Shown here: positions 40,325 through 54,142 of the stretch, in pieces
Position numbering within the stretch: position 1 is the stretch's first letter
Layout of the letters: every line of letters begins with the position of its first letter
Assembly: GCA_964016885.1 (NCBI GenBank)
Contig: OZ024760.1
Coordinates: 21,142,001-21,206,000 of the forward strand
DNA from: Eledone cirrhosa
Taxonomy: Eukaryota
Length of the DNA stretch: 64,000 nucleotides
Reading direction: 5' to 3'
Notes under the pieces: model-generated
The model's database searches: none
Told to the model about the DNA's origin: nothing
What the model saw: only the letters and a program-made list of their open reading frames with translations
Program-made: the position numbers and the translations under genes

Positions 40325-40619
40325 AAAAAAATAGAAGTGACACACGAGTTGTGATATATTAGTTAAAAGGAAAATAAAATGCTGACAAATTTTTCCCAGT
40401 AAAAAATAGTTTAATTAGGAATAAGTATAAATTAGTAATAAGTATTGGTTAGTATTCAGTTTTAGTTTTAAGTTTTTACCGGTTGCGCATTTCTAATGCT
40501 TTTCAAAAATAATTTTGAGATGGAGCGCTCGTGATGTTTGCTCTAATGATTAGAGTAAACATCACGAGCGCTCTTGCATTATACAGAAGTATTACGTTTT
40601 ATTAATATTTATGCTTCGG

Positions 40620-41940
40620 TGATCCGAGTTCAAATCCCGCCGAGGTTGACTTTGCCTTTCATCCTTACGGGGTCGATAAAATAAAGTACCAGTAATGAAC
40701 TGGGTATTTGCTGGCCTTGTGCCTAAAAGTAGAAACAAATATTTATGCTTCGGTGAAAGTGAATGGCTTAGTGGTTAGAAGTTGGATTTCCAATCGTGAG
40801 GTTGTGAGTTCGATTTCCGGGCCGGGCGATATGTTTTCATTGGGCAAGACACCATATCGCGTTGCTCTTTCCAGGAGTTGTGACCGGTGGGTAGTATTAG
40901 CAATTGGAAAGACCAATGGAAACAATGTTTCCATTGGTCCGATGAGTTCCATCCCATTCGGTAAGCCAGGTCTGGGATCTTGTATGATTCGGATCATACT
41001 TTAATATAACATATTTCAATATGTATATAGGGTGGTGGAGTGGCAGAACTGGTAGAGCGCCAGATATGCTTTGCTACTGCTCTTTACTTTCTCAATTCAA
41101 ATACCACCTAGGTCAACTTTGCCTTTCATTGTTCCAGGGTGGAAAAGTACCAGTCATGTAGTGGGTTGAATTGATCAACTTTGCCCTTCCCTCACATTGA
41201 TAGGCTTTCTGCCTAATTTATAAATCAAAATCATTTGTATTTCAAAAAAAGAGAAAAAAAAAAAAAAGGGCAGTGGATTGGCAGAATCGGTAGAGCGTTG
41301 GACATGGTTTGCAGCATTTAGTTACGTCCCTTTACGTTCTGAGTTCAAATCCCGCCGAATTAAACTTCACCTTTCATCCTTAAGGGATCTCTAAGTTCCA
41401 ATAACAAACTGGGGCTCATTTAATCGACTTTCCTTCGCCCAAAATTGTTGGCCTTTTGCCTAAATCAAAAACCATCGTATCAATTGTTTTATTATTGACA
41501 TATTTGAATATTATAATCGGTAGAGCGTCAGACACCATACTCTGCAGCATAGTTATGGTCTCTTACGTTCTGAGTTCAAATCCCACTGAGGTTAACTTTG
41601 CCTTTCATCCTTACGGGGTTGATAAAATAAAGTACCAGTAATGTACTGGGGGGGGTCGATTTGATCGACTTTCCCTCCCCCAAAATTGCTGGCCTTGTGC
41701 CTATAGTAGAAACATTATTATAACATATTTCGGTACATTATTCTATTTATAAGGGCGGTGAGTTGGCAGTATCGGTAGTGTGTCGGACATGCTTTCCAGC
41801 ATAGTTACGTCCCTTTACGATCCGAGTTCAAATCCCGCCGAGGTTAACTTTGCCTTTCATCCTTATGGGGTCGATAAAATAAAGTACCAGTAATGCACTG
41901 GGTAATTGCTGGCCGTGTGCCTAAAGTAGAAACAATTATT
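40620..41940 (+). mobile_element. Cluster of six co-oriented SINEs of differing divergence
   Basis: Copies near 40620-40740 (TSD AATATTTATGCTTCGGTGA), 40755-40985, 41030-41225, 41268-41470, 41515-41715, 41752-41938. Confidence 0.85.
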
Positions 41941-41944
41941 CTCT

Positions 41945-42480
41945 GTATAACATATATTTCAGTGCATTGTTTTAGTATGTATAACATATATTAAGTATAT
42001 TGTTTTAGTATGTATAACATATTAAGTATATTGTTTTAGTATGTATAACATATATTAAGTATATTGTTTTAATATGTATAACATATATTAAGTATATTGT
42101 TTTAGTATGTAAAACATATATTAAGTATATTGTTTTAATATGTAAAACATATTTCAGTACATTTATATTTCAATATTATATAACGTATTTCAGTACATTT
42201 ATATTTCAATATTATATAACGTATTTCAGTACATTTATATTTCAATATTATATAACGTATTTCAGTACATTTATATTTCAATATTATATAACGTATTTCA
42301 GTACATTTATATTTCAATATTATATAACGTATTTCAGTACATTTATTTTTCAATATTATATAACGTATTTCAGTACATTTATATTTCAATATTATATAAC
42401 ATATTTCAGTACATTTATATTTCAATATTATATAACGTATTTCAGTACATTTATATTTCAATATTATATATTTCAGTATA
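41945..42480. repeat. AT-rich tandem arrays (~33-bp then 36-bp units)
   Basis: TATAACATATATTAAGTATATTGTTTTAGTATG and TATAACGTATTTCAGTACATTTATATTTCAATATTA repeats. Confidence 0.9.
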
Positions 42481-42532
42481 ACATGTCAATATGTATCATA
42501 TCCGGAAATATAATGTATTTTGTTTATTTCAG

Positions 42533-44532
42533 ATATGAGCACTGAACTCAGTCTAACTTTCTATGATTTGCCTAAAAATCGCCAATGGCGCAAATTACTT
42601 ACATTCTATCAAAGAGGATATTTGTGTGATGTTGAGTTGTTGGTGGGAAACGATAAAGTCACTGCTCACAAAATTGTCCTCTGTTCAGCGAGTAAATACT
42701 TCCAAACTATGTTTCATGCGGATTTCGCCGAGAAAGAGAAAAACCTTGTGGATTTCACATCTGTCTTCAGCCACATTCAAACACTGAGAAACGTGTTGGG
42801 GTATATTTATCAGGGAGATATATGTCTGACAAGTGATACAGTCATGGAAGTACTCGATATATCAACACAGTTTATACTGCCTGAACTTAAAGAACATTGT
42901 TCACAGTTTTTACTGGAACGTCTCCAACCCCGAAATGCCATCCAAACATGGCATGTAGCTCACTTGTACGACCTACGAGAACTAGAAGAGGTGTCTCAGA
43001 CTGTCGCTCAAGCCACTTTCTGTCGAACATTTATATTCAGTAACTCGATCTCTTTACTGAAAGCAACTTTCTTGGCTTTTTTCCTTCACGATAGACATTT
43101 GAACCTAAATTCAATCGACCGCATTGAGCTGGTCCTGTTATGGCTTTGCTACGACATTCCAGTACGCCTGGGGGATGCCAAGAAGTTAGTTACGGATTAC
43201 ATTCGTCAAAATCCTCTCCCTTCGACTTACAACTTAGAAGGAACTGACACCTTCGATCATATTGAACCCAGTTTAAAAAGAAAGCTGGTCAAACACTTCT
43301 CTCCGTTGATATCAGAACAAAAACGTTGTTTAGAAATTGAAGCTGGTACTAGTTCAGACGACGATAAATTTCACTGGTGCTTAATGGTACAAGAGGAGAG
43401 GAATGACCGAGCAGCATTTTACTGTGGTCTCACTAACACCTGGTTCTCAACAACTATTTTCTGGGAACCTGGAGAAATCAAAGGATTTGTAAACCCTCAT
43501 TATCTCGTTCATATTACCGCTAAAACTGACGTCTGCTTCGTTGATTTGACAAACAGCTCCCGCAAACCAATTTCCAACATATTTCGCGCACTTTATAAGA
43601 AAAACGCAACTATAGAGGAAGATAACTTCGATTTTTTCTGTCATAGTGGAAACTTGTACATTTTGATTACTGTTTTTGCTGGAATTAACCGGAAGCCCGA
43701 GTTCAATGTTTACATGTATGACACATTGTCTGACGTGTGGAACTATCATATGGAGGTGAATTACGAATATTTCGGTGATGATATGTCACCTGGTGACAAG
43801 GCATCTGTGACGCTGAAAGTACACGTTGATAGATGTAACGCATATCTGTTGGCTACAATATCTACCAGACGAAAATTTAAATCAACCCTAGATAATGTAG
43901 ATTCTCATATAAACCACGCAGAATTTCGTTTTCAAGACCTGAAGAATTTCCATGTCATTTCTTTCAATGTAGCTACAAAGCAATACATTACGTGTGGAGT
44001 TCGTTGGCAGGAGCCTACAAGCATCCAGAAAATGCCTCTAATAATCTTGAAGGACCGTATATGTTTCCTAAAATTTGCGAATCGGAAAATTCTCGCGGAA
44101 AAGTTCCGAACGACGTTTGTCTCTCGAGAGGAATGTTACATGGATGGTCTTTGTCTGATACCAGAAGAACAGTCTTGGGAGAAGGTGACCATTGGTCTTC
44201 CTTCGCCCAATCTACCAGTTTTGCCTATTAAAAACCCGACAGCTTTCTTCGAGACCCAAGTTATAAATGCCTTTGACAAACTGTTCGTTGGAGTGAAGAG
44301 AGCGCCCTATGTATACCAGATCGCCATGTATAACTTAAATAGCTTCAGTGCTAATATTCTCCCTTACACCTCACTTCCAGTTACTAGCATCCCCCAACTC
44401 TCTGTCTTTTACTGTCCAGGCAGTATTTCTACTTGGGTAAAAGATACAAGCAACCAAATGGATGATGGGAATTATCATTTTACAGATTACACTATTAATA
44501 GTTGGCGAGGTTCTAAGGTTCCTCACACTTGA
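42533..44532 (+). CDS. BTB/POZ-BACK protein with divergent Kelch-like C-terminus, main exon (internal ATG at 42535)
   Basis: LCDVELLVG..AHKIVLCSASKYFQTMF..VLGYIYQGDI; BACK-like LQPRNAIQTWHVAHLYDL; tttatttcag acceptor; AATAAA near 44550. Confidence 0.93.
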
Positions 44533-44840
44533 GGAAAATGATTTTTAAAAATAAATATGTATGTATGTATGTATGTAAATGCACAGACAGACACGTATAT
44601 ATATTATGTATGTATGTGTATATATATATATGCACAAACACATATATATTATGTATGTGTATATATGCACACACGTGTGTGTGTGTATATATATATATGC
44701 GCAAGCGTGTGTGTGTGCGCGCGCGCACACATACACCCTATGGTTAAGCAGTTATCGTTTCGGTAACAGATTTGGTAACAAACATAGTACTAAATTGATA
44801 ATGGTCTTACTGGTTTAAACCAGCAACGTTCCACACATGA

Positions 44841-44917
<77 letters not shown>

Positions 44918-45344
44918 TTTTAAATCTTTATTTTTTATTGGTCTTACAAAACTGATTTTCCAAGTTGTCGTTTGAAAAGCTGAAAAAAAAAAAAAAAAAG
45001 AATCAATTTGTTTTTTTCTTAGCACACAAACCCACGTTTTCTTGGTATGGACAGATATTTAAATTTTTAAATTTAAGGATTTTACTTAGTTCCAATATGA
45101 CACTTTTAACTGAGTTTTTCAGTCAAACTTATATTTATTTTTTAAATTTCAAAAGATGCCATCAGCTTTACTAGAAATCTAAGTAAAAACATCTACTTTT
45201 TTTTATACACTCGTATATTTGTATTCATACACGTCCATGCACCTTCGTCTACTCATTTTCAATTATTGAAATTTCTTGATCTTTTACAAATATATTACAG
45301 AGGATATGTTTTATTCTATAATCAGTTTGCCTTCCTCTGAGCGA

Positions 45345-45826
45345 CTCCCTCTCTCCTCCCTCTCTCCACTAACTTCTCCCCTCCTTCTCTCCACTAACTC
45401 CTCCCCTCCTCTCCACTAACTCCTCCCCTCCTTCTCTCCACTAACTCCTCCCCTCCTTCTCTCCACCAACTCCTCCCCTCCTTCTCTCCACCAACTCCTC
45501 CCCTCCTTCTCTCCACCAACCCCTCCCCTCCTTCTCTCCACCAGCCCCTCCCCTCCTTCTCTCCACCAGCTCCTCCCCTCCTTCTCTCCACCAGCTCCTC
45601 CCCTCCTTCTCTCCACCAGCTCCTCCCCTCCTTCTCTCCTCCCATTCCTTCCTCTCCAGATTCCTCCTCCCATTCCTTCCTCTCCAGATTCCTCCTCCCA
45701 TTCCTTCCTCTCCAGATTCCTCCTCCCATTCCTTCCTCTCCAGATTCCTCCTCCCATTCCTTCCTCTCCAGATTCCTCCTCCCATTCCTTCCTCTCCAGA
45801 TTCCTCCTCCCATTCCTTCTCTCCAC
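45345..45826. repeat. Polypyrimidine minisatellites (~25-bp and 28-bp units)
   Basis: CTCCTCCCCTCCTTCTCTCCACCA and CCTCCTCCCATTCCTTCCTCTCCAGATT repeats. Confidence 0.9.
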
Positions 45827-45919
45827 TTCCCACTATTACACCCCTCCTCGCTAACAGTTTACATCTGCCCAATTTCACTCAAGACTTGTATCGACGCCCA
45901 GTGAAACTTGCCTAAGATA

Positions 45920-46110
45920 GGGCGGTAGTATCGGTAGAGGGTCGGACGCCATGCTTTGTAGCATAGAGTTACGGCCCTTTATGATCTGAGTTCAAATCCC
46001 GCCGTGGTTAACTTTGCCTTTCATCCTTACAGGGTCGATAAAATAAAGTACCAGTAATACACTGGGATAATTGCTGGCATTGTAGAAGGCCAAAAGTAAA
46101 AACAATTATT
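45920..46110 (+). mobile_element. tRNA-derived SINE
   Basis: Main SINE consensus. Confidence 0.85.
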
Positions 46111-46329
46111 ATTTTGTAACTTCCATCCTTAAAACCCTCCTAACTCCTTCTTGGAGTTCCTGTTCTCCCCCTATTTTCCTGATGGACTTTATCCAAAACG
46201 TTGAAACCTCCATTTCCACCAAGCGTGAGCCTAATATAACTTTGTACAATTACCTCCTGTGTTTTGTTCGTTCATTTTCAACTAATGAAGTATGAAAGAC
46301 AGTTGACTTTGACGGAATTTGAAGCAGCA

Positions 46330-49300
46330 CTTCTCTCTCTCCACCCTCACCTTCCTTTCCAAGTGAAACTTGAAAAAGTTGAGGGATTGGCCGAAGAGAA
46401 AAGTGTCTGTCTTCAGTCCTTTCAACTTCGTCCACCATACAACCTCTTTCGCTACTGCCACCAGACAGGAAAATTGCCTGCCCTTCCTGGCAAAAAGAAG
46501 GCGGCGGGTCGATCTTCACTATGGACACGGCCGATAGCCGGATACGTTCTACACGCGACAACAGCTGTTCGACATAACTCCAAGTCAGTAATGCACGGAC
46601 ACTGGACGAGTGCGTGCAGAACGGTTTTGTCGCTCTGCGCGCGCATCTTGAGCAGGTCCATCTGACAACACTTCCGTGCCTGTATAGTTTATCTCGAACC
46701 GGCAGTGACCCCCGGTAGCACTGCCAAGCGAGGGATTTTTGGAAATTATGTATCGTCCCCGGCTCGAAAGTCCTCCGGAACAGACTGGTTAGTTCGACTG
46801 CGTTGACTCCCACGGCCTTTCCGAGTGCGTCGTCGCACTTTCCCACCACTAATCCTCTATAGAACTCGAGAGTGGAAGTTCCACTGACCGCATTGCCCGC
46901 CTGGTAGAGGGCAGTGAGTGCCTGGCAACATTCCAGATGCCAGTCACCCAGTCTCGGTCTCTTCTTGACCCAGGACTGCAGCTCAGTCAAAGAGACGAGG
47001 TGCGGAAAGGCCCGTCTGACAAACGGCGACCACACCTGTTCACCGTTAAGGCAGAATACCTGGAGACGCCGCAACCTCAGCGCGTCTGCGCATCATTAGC
47101 CACGGCATGCCCAGCTCTCTACGTAGAGGGTGCTGGCAGCAGATGAACCGCCTCACCAGCGGAACCTGACCCCTCCACAAGAATTTGAAGAGGAGCCGCT
47201 CCAAGATGGCGAGGCGTGAACGGGAGCAAGGGACGACAGTCAGGCGGTAGTAGATGACGGACGTGATGTACGCGTTCGCTACCTCCGCCCGACCTTTCAC
47301 TGATAGCTTCCTCCCAGCCCATTTCTGGGTGAGACTGGCTACCCTGCCCGTCACCTCGTCTCAATTCTTATCCACCTGGAGGTTTGGCCCGAACCAAACC
47401 CCGAGCAACTTTACCGGTCCATCCGTCCAGCGCCTAACGACGCTATTGGGCGGCATGGACTTCCCTCTCCAGGTGCCGAGTTGCAAGCCCACCGACTTTT
47501 CCGGGTTAAGTTTTGCTCCCGTCAACCTTTCGTATTCCTCCAATATGTTGCCGACCACCTCGATTTCTGAGGTGTCCGACACGACACCATCACGGTGATG
47601 TCGTCCGCATAAGCCGACACAGCCTTTCCGCGTCCCAGTTCGAGCGGGATGCCCTGCAACAGCTCCAGCTTCCGCAGTAAAGACTCGAGTCAATACGTAC
47701 GTCTAACTTATCTACCAACTCCTCCTCCTTTCTATTTTTCTCTAACGCTACTTCTTTGCTAAACTCTATCTTTTGAGAGCCCCCTACCATCTATTGTTGA
47801 CGACTCCCCCTGTCGACGGTTTCTTAACTAAATTGTTGACCTGGTCCCTGTAAGCCTTACGTGCCGGAAATGACATGTTTAGCTTCCAGTAACCAGGTCC
47901 TAACCTACGCGTCTTATCTCATCATCATCATCATCATTCGTCGACTACTGTCGAGATGATGGATCTCACTCTCATGCCCCAGAATTCCCTGTCCCCCATC
48001 GCTTCCCCCAGGTCCTGTCTACTGATTCCCGTATCCCTAGAGATAACGTCAGGGAATGACAGCTTCCTACTCCTAGTCAGGCTGCTGGCACGGTGACAGT
48101 GGCCAGCAAATTGAGCTCTCCGGGATTTTAGAAGGGCAGAGGCTCGAGGGAGTTTACCATAGATTTTAGACAAGGTGGGATGTCGTTTCCAGGATAGGTT
48201 TTGCACTCTCATTAAGAGGTGGGTATATGTGCCATCCAATCTCCTCTCAAGTTGTGATGTTAGTGTCCAAGTTTCGGATCCATAAAGTAATATGGGCTTA
48301 ATGGTTGCTTGGAATATTTCCAGTTTTAGCTTGTTGGTAAGTTGAGATGTCCATATGGCGTGCATGTCATTGCACGCTGACCATGCCATACCCTTCCTGG
48401 TTAGAAAATCTTTTTTGGAGGAGGAGATATATGAGCCAAGATACTTGTAATCTTCCACCTGCTTAAGGGTGGTACCATTAAGGGTTCTGATAGGGTAGTT
48501 TGGGCTGTTTGCGCATCTGTTCACATACTCAGTCTTGGATTCGTTGAGGTACAGTCCAACACAGTTGGACGCTTGCTCTAATGACTTCAAAAGACTCAGC
48601 ATTTTCCAGTGACCGACTGATCAATGCGATGTCGTCAGCAAAGTCGGTGTCGGTCAAGTATTTTGCTGGGTAGCGTGAGCTTCTCCTAGGCTGTAGTTGG
48701 TATCCCCTATCCTGAATCCTATCCACAGACATGCGCAAAACATAATCCACAACAATGATAAATAGATACGGAGCAAGAGTATCGCCCTGTAAAATTCCAG
48801 CGAGGATTGAGAAAGGTGGTGTTTCCCCATCTGGGGTCAGGAGAGTTGATTTGGTATCTGTATACATTACACGTACGGCCGCGATGATTTTATCAGGAAT
48901 CCCATAGAGTTGTAGAATTTCAAACATCCCCGACCTGTCAACTGAGTGCAAGGTCTAGATTGCGGTTTTGGGACTCCTCTATAAGTCGGCGAAGGCAGAG
49001 AATCTGGCTAAGTGTTGATCTACCTCTCCTAAATCCATTCTGGTTGTTACGAAGGATTGGCTCAAGAAATGGGATTAAGCGGTGAAGAAGCTTGTTGTAT
49101 ATTTTTGCAGCAATTGCCATGAGAGAAATTCCTCTATAGTTGGTGGCTAAAGAAAGATCTCCTTTTTTGGGGCATGGGGATAATTTGAGCTGCATGCCAG
49201 ACGCTAGGTGGTTTATTGGTCTCGAAAATATGGTTACATAAGTTGAGCAAAAGGATGTGGAAATGCTCATCCTTCCAAATCAGGGTAGGTATATTATCCG

Positions 49301-52300
49301 GCCCAAAGGCTTTTGAGGCTTTGAACTGTTTGATGGCTTCTTTGAGCTCAGGCATGGTGAAAGGAGAGGTGTTGATTCCTAAAGGCTCTGAAACCTGAAC
49401 GGATGGCAGTTGATAGTTATCAGGGAGTCTGGCCTTTTTCCCTAGAAGGTTTTTAAAATGAGCAGACCAATTTTCAAGACGTTTTTTGGCAGAGCCTCCT
49501 TTGATTCTAACTGCAGAGTTTGAGTTTTTGCCTGAAAGATCTTTGACAACCTTCCAAGCAAGATGATGGTGTTTGCTGATGTGATGTTGCGATAGCTGAT
49601 CAATCCTACCTGAGATATAGTCGGCTTCAGCATTAAGATAAGCGTCGTCTAGTGATTTTTTTTTTGGCCATGATAAGCTGTATCTTTTCCCCTTGAGATG
49701 GTGATTGATGGTGAGATTGGGATATTGACCTAAGATGGGCCCTTGCCTCAACTCCCTTCTCTGAGGCACTAGGTTTCATTTGGCTTCGGCTTTTCTTTTT
49801 AGGTAGGGTGGCAAGTGCATCTTCCTCTGTTGATTGCTTAAGACAGTCATACACATCCTCAATATTATCGTCATTGATGTCAAGTTGAGAGAGATTGAAA
49901 TCTGTTATAGACTTGAAGCGTGAAGCTATTGGATAGTTGTTTGTTGGAAGAAACGGCTTTCCAGTCTATTCTTTTCATGGGATGAGGTTCGGCCCTCTTG
50001 GATATCCTGAGACTAAGTTTGATTGTTGCCGAGATGACTCGATGATCTGAGCCGACAGAGCTAAAGGAATAAGATCTAGAATCTTTGATTGAGTTTCTCC
50101 ATTTCTTGCGAAATATCAAATAGTCAATCTGAGCACGTTTTGGGTATTCGAAGGTCCAAAGCTGGCCTCTGGTCTTCATGAAGCAGTTGTTTGAGCTGAA
50201 TAGACTGAATTCTTCCATGAAGTCCTTGAGATATTCCCCGTTTCGGTTATTAACCCTATTGTATGTGAACTTTACTTCATCCGGGCCAAGTTGAGCGTTG
50301 AGGTTTCCAGCGATGATAAGAAAGTTGTGTAAGGGTACTTGCTCAACAATTGTGCGAAGGGTCGTGTAGAATTCTCTTACCTCATCCTCAGGAGAGGCGT
50401 TATGAGGACTGTATACACATATCGTCTAGGTCGACCATACAGATGACAAACTTGTGATCTGAATAGGCGACCGTTTTAAAACGTGGACAGCTTACACTAT
50501 TTCTGTCTATTTTCCTAATGAATATCCTGTCTATATACGATCTAGATGACCCTATGCTGTTAGTCCAGGCCCACACTGGCACATTATGGAAATCTAGTCG
50601 GTACCTGTCAGACAGTTGGAACTGACTGATCAGGTTCTTGAGGCTTTTTCACCCCCCGCTCCTATCGGATACTCCCACACAGTCCCAGCGTGCGTCTAAG
50701 ATGCCGTTCCAGTCCCCCGCTAAGAGTAAAGGGCGAGACGTACTAGAAAGGCTTCCAGGCGTCTAAAGAAGTCCGGCCGTCCTGCCCCAGTGGGGGCGTA
50801 GACGGCCACCAGTTCAAAGGCACCACCTTCGTTATTGTTCACGTCCAAGACCACCAACTTCCCATCCGGGTCCCGGAAGATCGACCTTAACTCGAGATCC
50901 AGGCCTTTCCTAAACAACACTGCCACCCACCTCCCATTCCTGGCCGACTAACAGATGCAAAGATCTGATAGTCGTCGAAAATGGGGGCTAGTGCGCGCGT
51001 GTCGGAAATCCTGGTCTCGCTGACGGCAATTACATCCATTTCTAGAGACCTGAGGTCGTTGAGCAGGTGACCCTGCTTCCAGGACGACCCCAATCCTCGA
51101 ACATTTAAACTTCCTACTCTTAATACGGCCATGTTGGCAGGTTAAAAGAGAGAGGGAGGAAAGGTTTACTTACCTTCCGGGCTCTTGAGAAGGTCGGTGA
51201 TTCGACCTCCATAATTGGTGTGGTTTTCTTTTGGGAACCTCTTTAAAAGTCTTGAAGTGGGTTTTACGTTCGGGGTTCCCACGTCCCGAGGAAAGCTGTC
51301 GCGTATCTCTTTGTATAAATCGAGCAACATTCGCACCAGAAACAAATCTTTCGGCACGCGAAATATGACGACTTTCCTCGTTTCCCCCCTGGGTGGTCAA
51401 TGTTGGTGGTGGTCTTTCTACTGGTGTTCGTGGTTTTGCCAGTGCTGGTGTTGGTTGTGGTCCTCGCCTCGGCGTCGGCAGCAGTGGAGCCCTTCGACCC
51501 CTTGCATCTTTCAGCAGTTGAGGGCAGAAGGCTCGCAAATGGGTTTTTTTCCCCACAAACAAAACAATGCGGCCTTTTGCCCTCGGTCATAATATGAATG
51601 ACCGACCCATTCTGAAGGCGGATGTGGTCCGGGATTGTCTTCACATTCTCGGGCCTGATCTGGAGAAGTATCTCCAGGTCAATCGCGGACCAGTCCTCTC
51701 TGGTCGTTCTTGTCACTTCTATCGGGACGGTATCCGTCCCCTCCACAATCACACATCCCAGAAGCCATCACATGTCAAGTCCTGGTGGGATTCTGGGAAT
51801 GCAGACACGGGCCGTTCTTTTTCCCATGTGGGAGGGGTACATTATGACCTTACGGGTTTTGCAAGGAGTCATAGCGAGGGCTTCTGACTTGAATAGCACC
51901 GAAATGGTGCCGTACTGCCTGCCCTCGCTATGTATTCGGCGTCTTCTCTGATACACCTCAACGCGACTTCGACATCTGCTTGTGGAATTAAAGCTGCCTT
52001 TTTGGTTTGTGCTGAGATGCATCTATAATGCACCGTTTTGCGCTCCACTGCCTCAATAACTTCTACCGGGACAGTTAAGTTGGCCCAGGTTTGCTCTTGC
52101 TTGATGAGCTTCCAGGCCTGGGCCAACTTTTCATCTTTGTTTGAGACGTCCATGTTGAAGCATCGCCCCCTTTTTGCTGCTGCCGCAGCGAAAGTGTTTT
52201 TCTTGTTGTCGTTGGTGGTGGTGTTGTCGTCGTTGTTTTTGTTGGTGGTGTTGTTATCACTGTCGCTATTATCATTGTCTTTGGTGCCACCGTTGTTCTC

Positions 52301-52790
52301 GGTGCAGTTGGTATTGTTGCTGTTGTTGTCGCTATTTGTTTTCATGTTAGTGGTGTTGATATTGTTGTTGCATTTGTCATTTTTTTTGTTATCCTTATTT
52401 TCGTTGTCGCTGTTACTGTCATTTTTTTCAAAATTAGAGCTCTGTGTTGTCATCATTGCTGTCTTTGTTCACATTGTTTGTGGTGGTGTTTGTTGTATCA
52501 ATTTCTGTTAATTTCACCGTAGCGCTCCTCTCAACTTTTACGTTGTTGTCGCACGACAGCAGACATATCGCTGGGGGCGTGGCTCACCCATGTTTTTTTT
52601 CGATAATTTTTTTTAAATGTAAGAGTTCAAATATTTGGGCCAAAAGGCCCAAATATTAGTCTTTCCCCTTCACAAGGCAAAGTCCAAGGGCTTGTATGCC
52701 TTACACAACAACAAAAAATTCAATAAATAAGTTTTGACGGGTAAATAAATAAACTTACGGGAGTGAGCAAAAAGACGTCCGTTCAGACTC
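46330..52790 (-). mobile_element. Degenerate Tx1/L1-clade LINE (ORF1 ~52456-51170, ORF2 from 51132), with internal deletion and nested RTE
   Basis: ORF1 with CFVCGEK.HL..FC knuckle; ORF2 APE (SLNVRGL, VSETR, VAVYAP, SYIDRIF, SDHK, GYWKLN), RT end (YAD, KLNPEKS, KLLGV, LSVKGRA), C-terminal cysteine motif; many frameshifts. Confidence 0.88.
47920..50422 (-). mobile_element. 5'-truncated RTE-type LINE nested in the Tx1-like LINE
   Basis: CVYSPH..QIDYL..GSDHR; KAFGPDNIP; NYRGISL; QNGFRRGRST; GILQGDTLAP; FADDIAL; LLYGSETW; (GAT)n tail; frameshifted. Confidence 0.9.
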
Positions 52791-53308
52791 AATAATAATA
52801 ATAATTAATAAAGAGAAATCGTTATTTTAGTTTATTTACACATCATTACAAAAAGTTAAATTTCTTGTATCCATAACTGCTTTAACGGCTGTCCTGGGAA
52901 TCAGACCAAAGCTGGGAATACAATTATCAATACATGTAGGGGTTTGTCTTTCATTGTAAAAACCAGTTGTGATATTTTGATATGGGGTTTAGAGGAGGGG
53001 CCCAACAACATTTAACTATTTCGTTGAGATTTCTTGTTTTACCCCCAAATCTTGGCTATGTGCTTAGGGATTCCGTTTCGCAACCTCGTGATTTTAGGGC
53101 TCAGTTTCACACCGTGGTGTCCGTGGGTAAGTTTCATCTATAACATCTGGGTGTGTGAAATTTGGTAGATGCAAAATGTGTAAAAGCCTCTTGTTTATAT
53201 ATATTTATGTATGTATGTATGTATGTATGTATGTATTTGTGTATACATGTCATTTGCCCTTTGTATTTTTCTACCGCATTGTACCGGCTTTTCGAAAATG
53301 ATCAGTCT

Positions 53309-53344
<36 letters not shown>

Positions 53345-53609
53345 AAAAAAGAATCGATAAAATATGTACGAGGCTTGAAAATGAAAAAGGTAGTAGGGTT
53401 TTATGATCGAGTAAATCTTTTCAATGTGGTGCCCCAGCATGGCCAGTCAATTGACTGAAACCAGTGAAAGAATAAACTGCTTAAATCTAATATTTTGTTC
53501 TTGTGTTCATGTCTTTAGTGACGTCAGACTTTCATAATTTTTCCCAAGATCTCGGTCTTGTTTCAGAAAAAACTCTGCATTTTATATTAATTTTTATTAT
53601 TATTCAATA

Positions 53610-54142
53610 ATGGTTTCTACATTAGGCACAAGACAAGGCCAACGATTTGAAGGGAGAGGGGAAGGTTGATTAAATCGAACCCAATACATTACTGGTACTT
53701 TATTTTATCGACCCCCCCCCCCCCCCCTCCTCCCCGCCGTAAGGATGAAAGGCAAAGTTAACCTCAGTTCAAATCCCGCCGAGGTTAGCTTTGCCTTTCA
53801 TCCTTACGGGGGTCGATAAAATAAAGTACAGTACCAGTAATGCACTGGGGTTGATTTCATCGACCCCCCCCCCCCCCCCTTCACCCAATTTACTGGCCTT
53901 GTACCTACATCAGAATCCATTATTTCGTTTGGGTCGGATTGGCAGTATCGGTAGAGGGTCGGACGTCATGCTTTGCAGCACGGAGTTACGGTCCTTTACG
54001 ATCTGAGTTCAAATCCCGCCGGGGGTTAACTTTATTTTTATCCCTCCCACCCCACCCACCCCCACCCGTAAGGATGAAAAGCAAAGTACCAGTAATACAC
54101 TGGGATAATTGCTGACCCTGTGCCAAAAGTAGAAACAATTAT
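53610..54142. mobile_element. Cluster of rearranged SINE copies in both orientations
   Basis: Minus copy 53610-53765, plus copies 53765-53915 and 53930-54142. Confidence 0.8.

Noticed and set aside
45394-45878. Glu/Gly/Arg-rich ORFs
   Set aside because: Translations of purine minisatellites, open in all three frames
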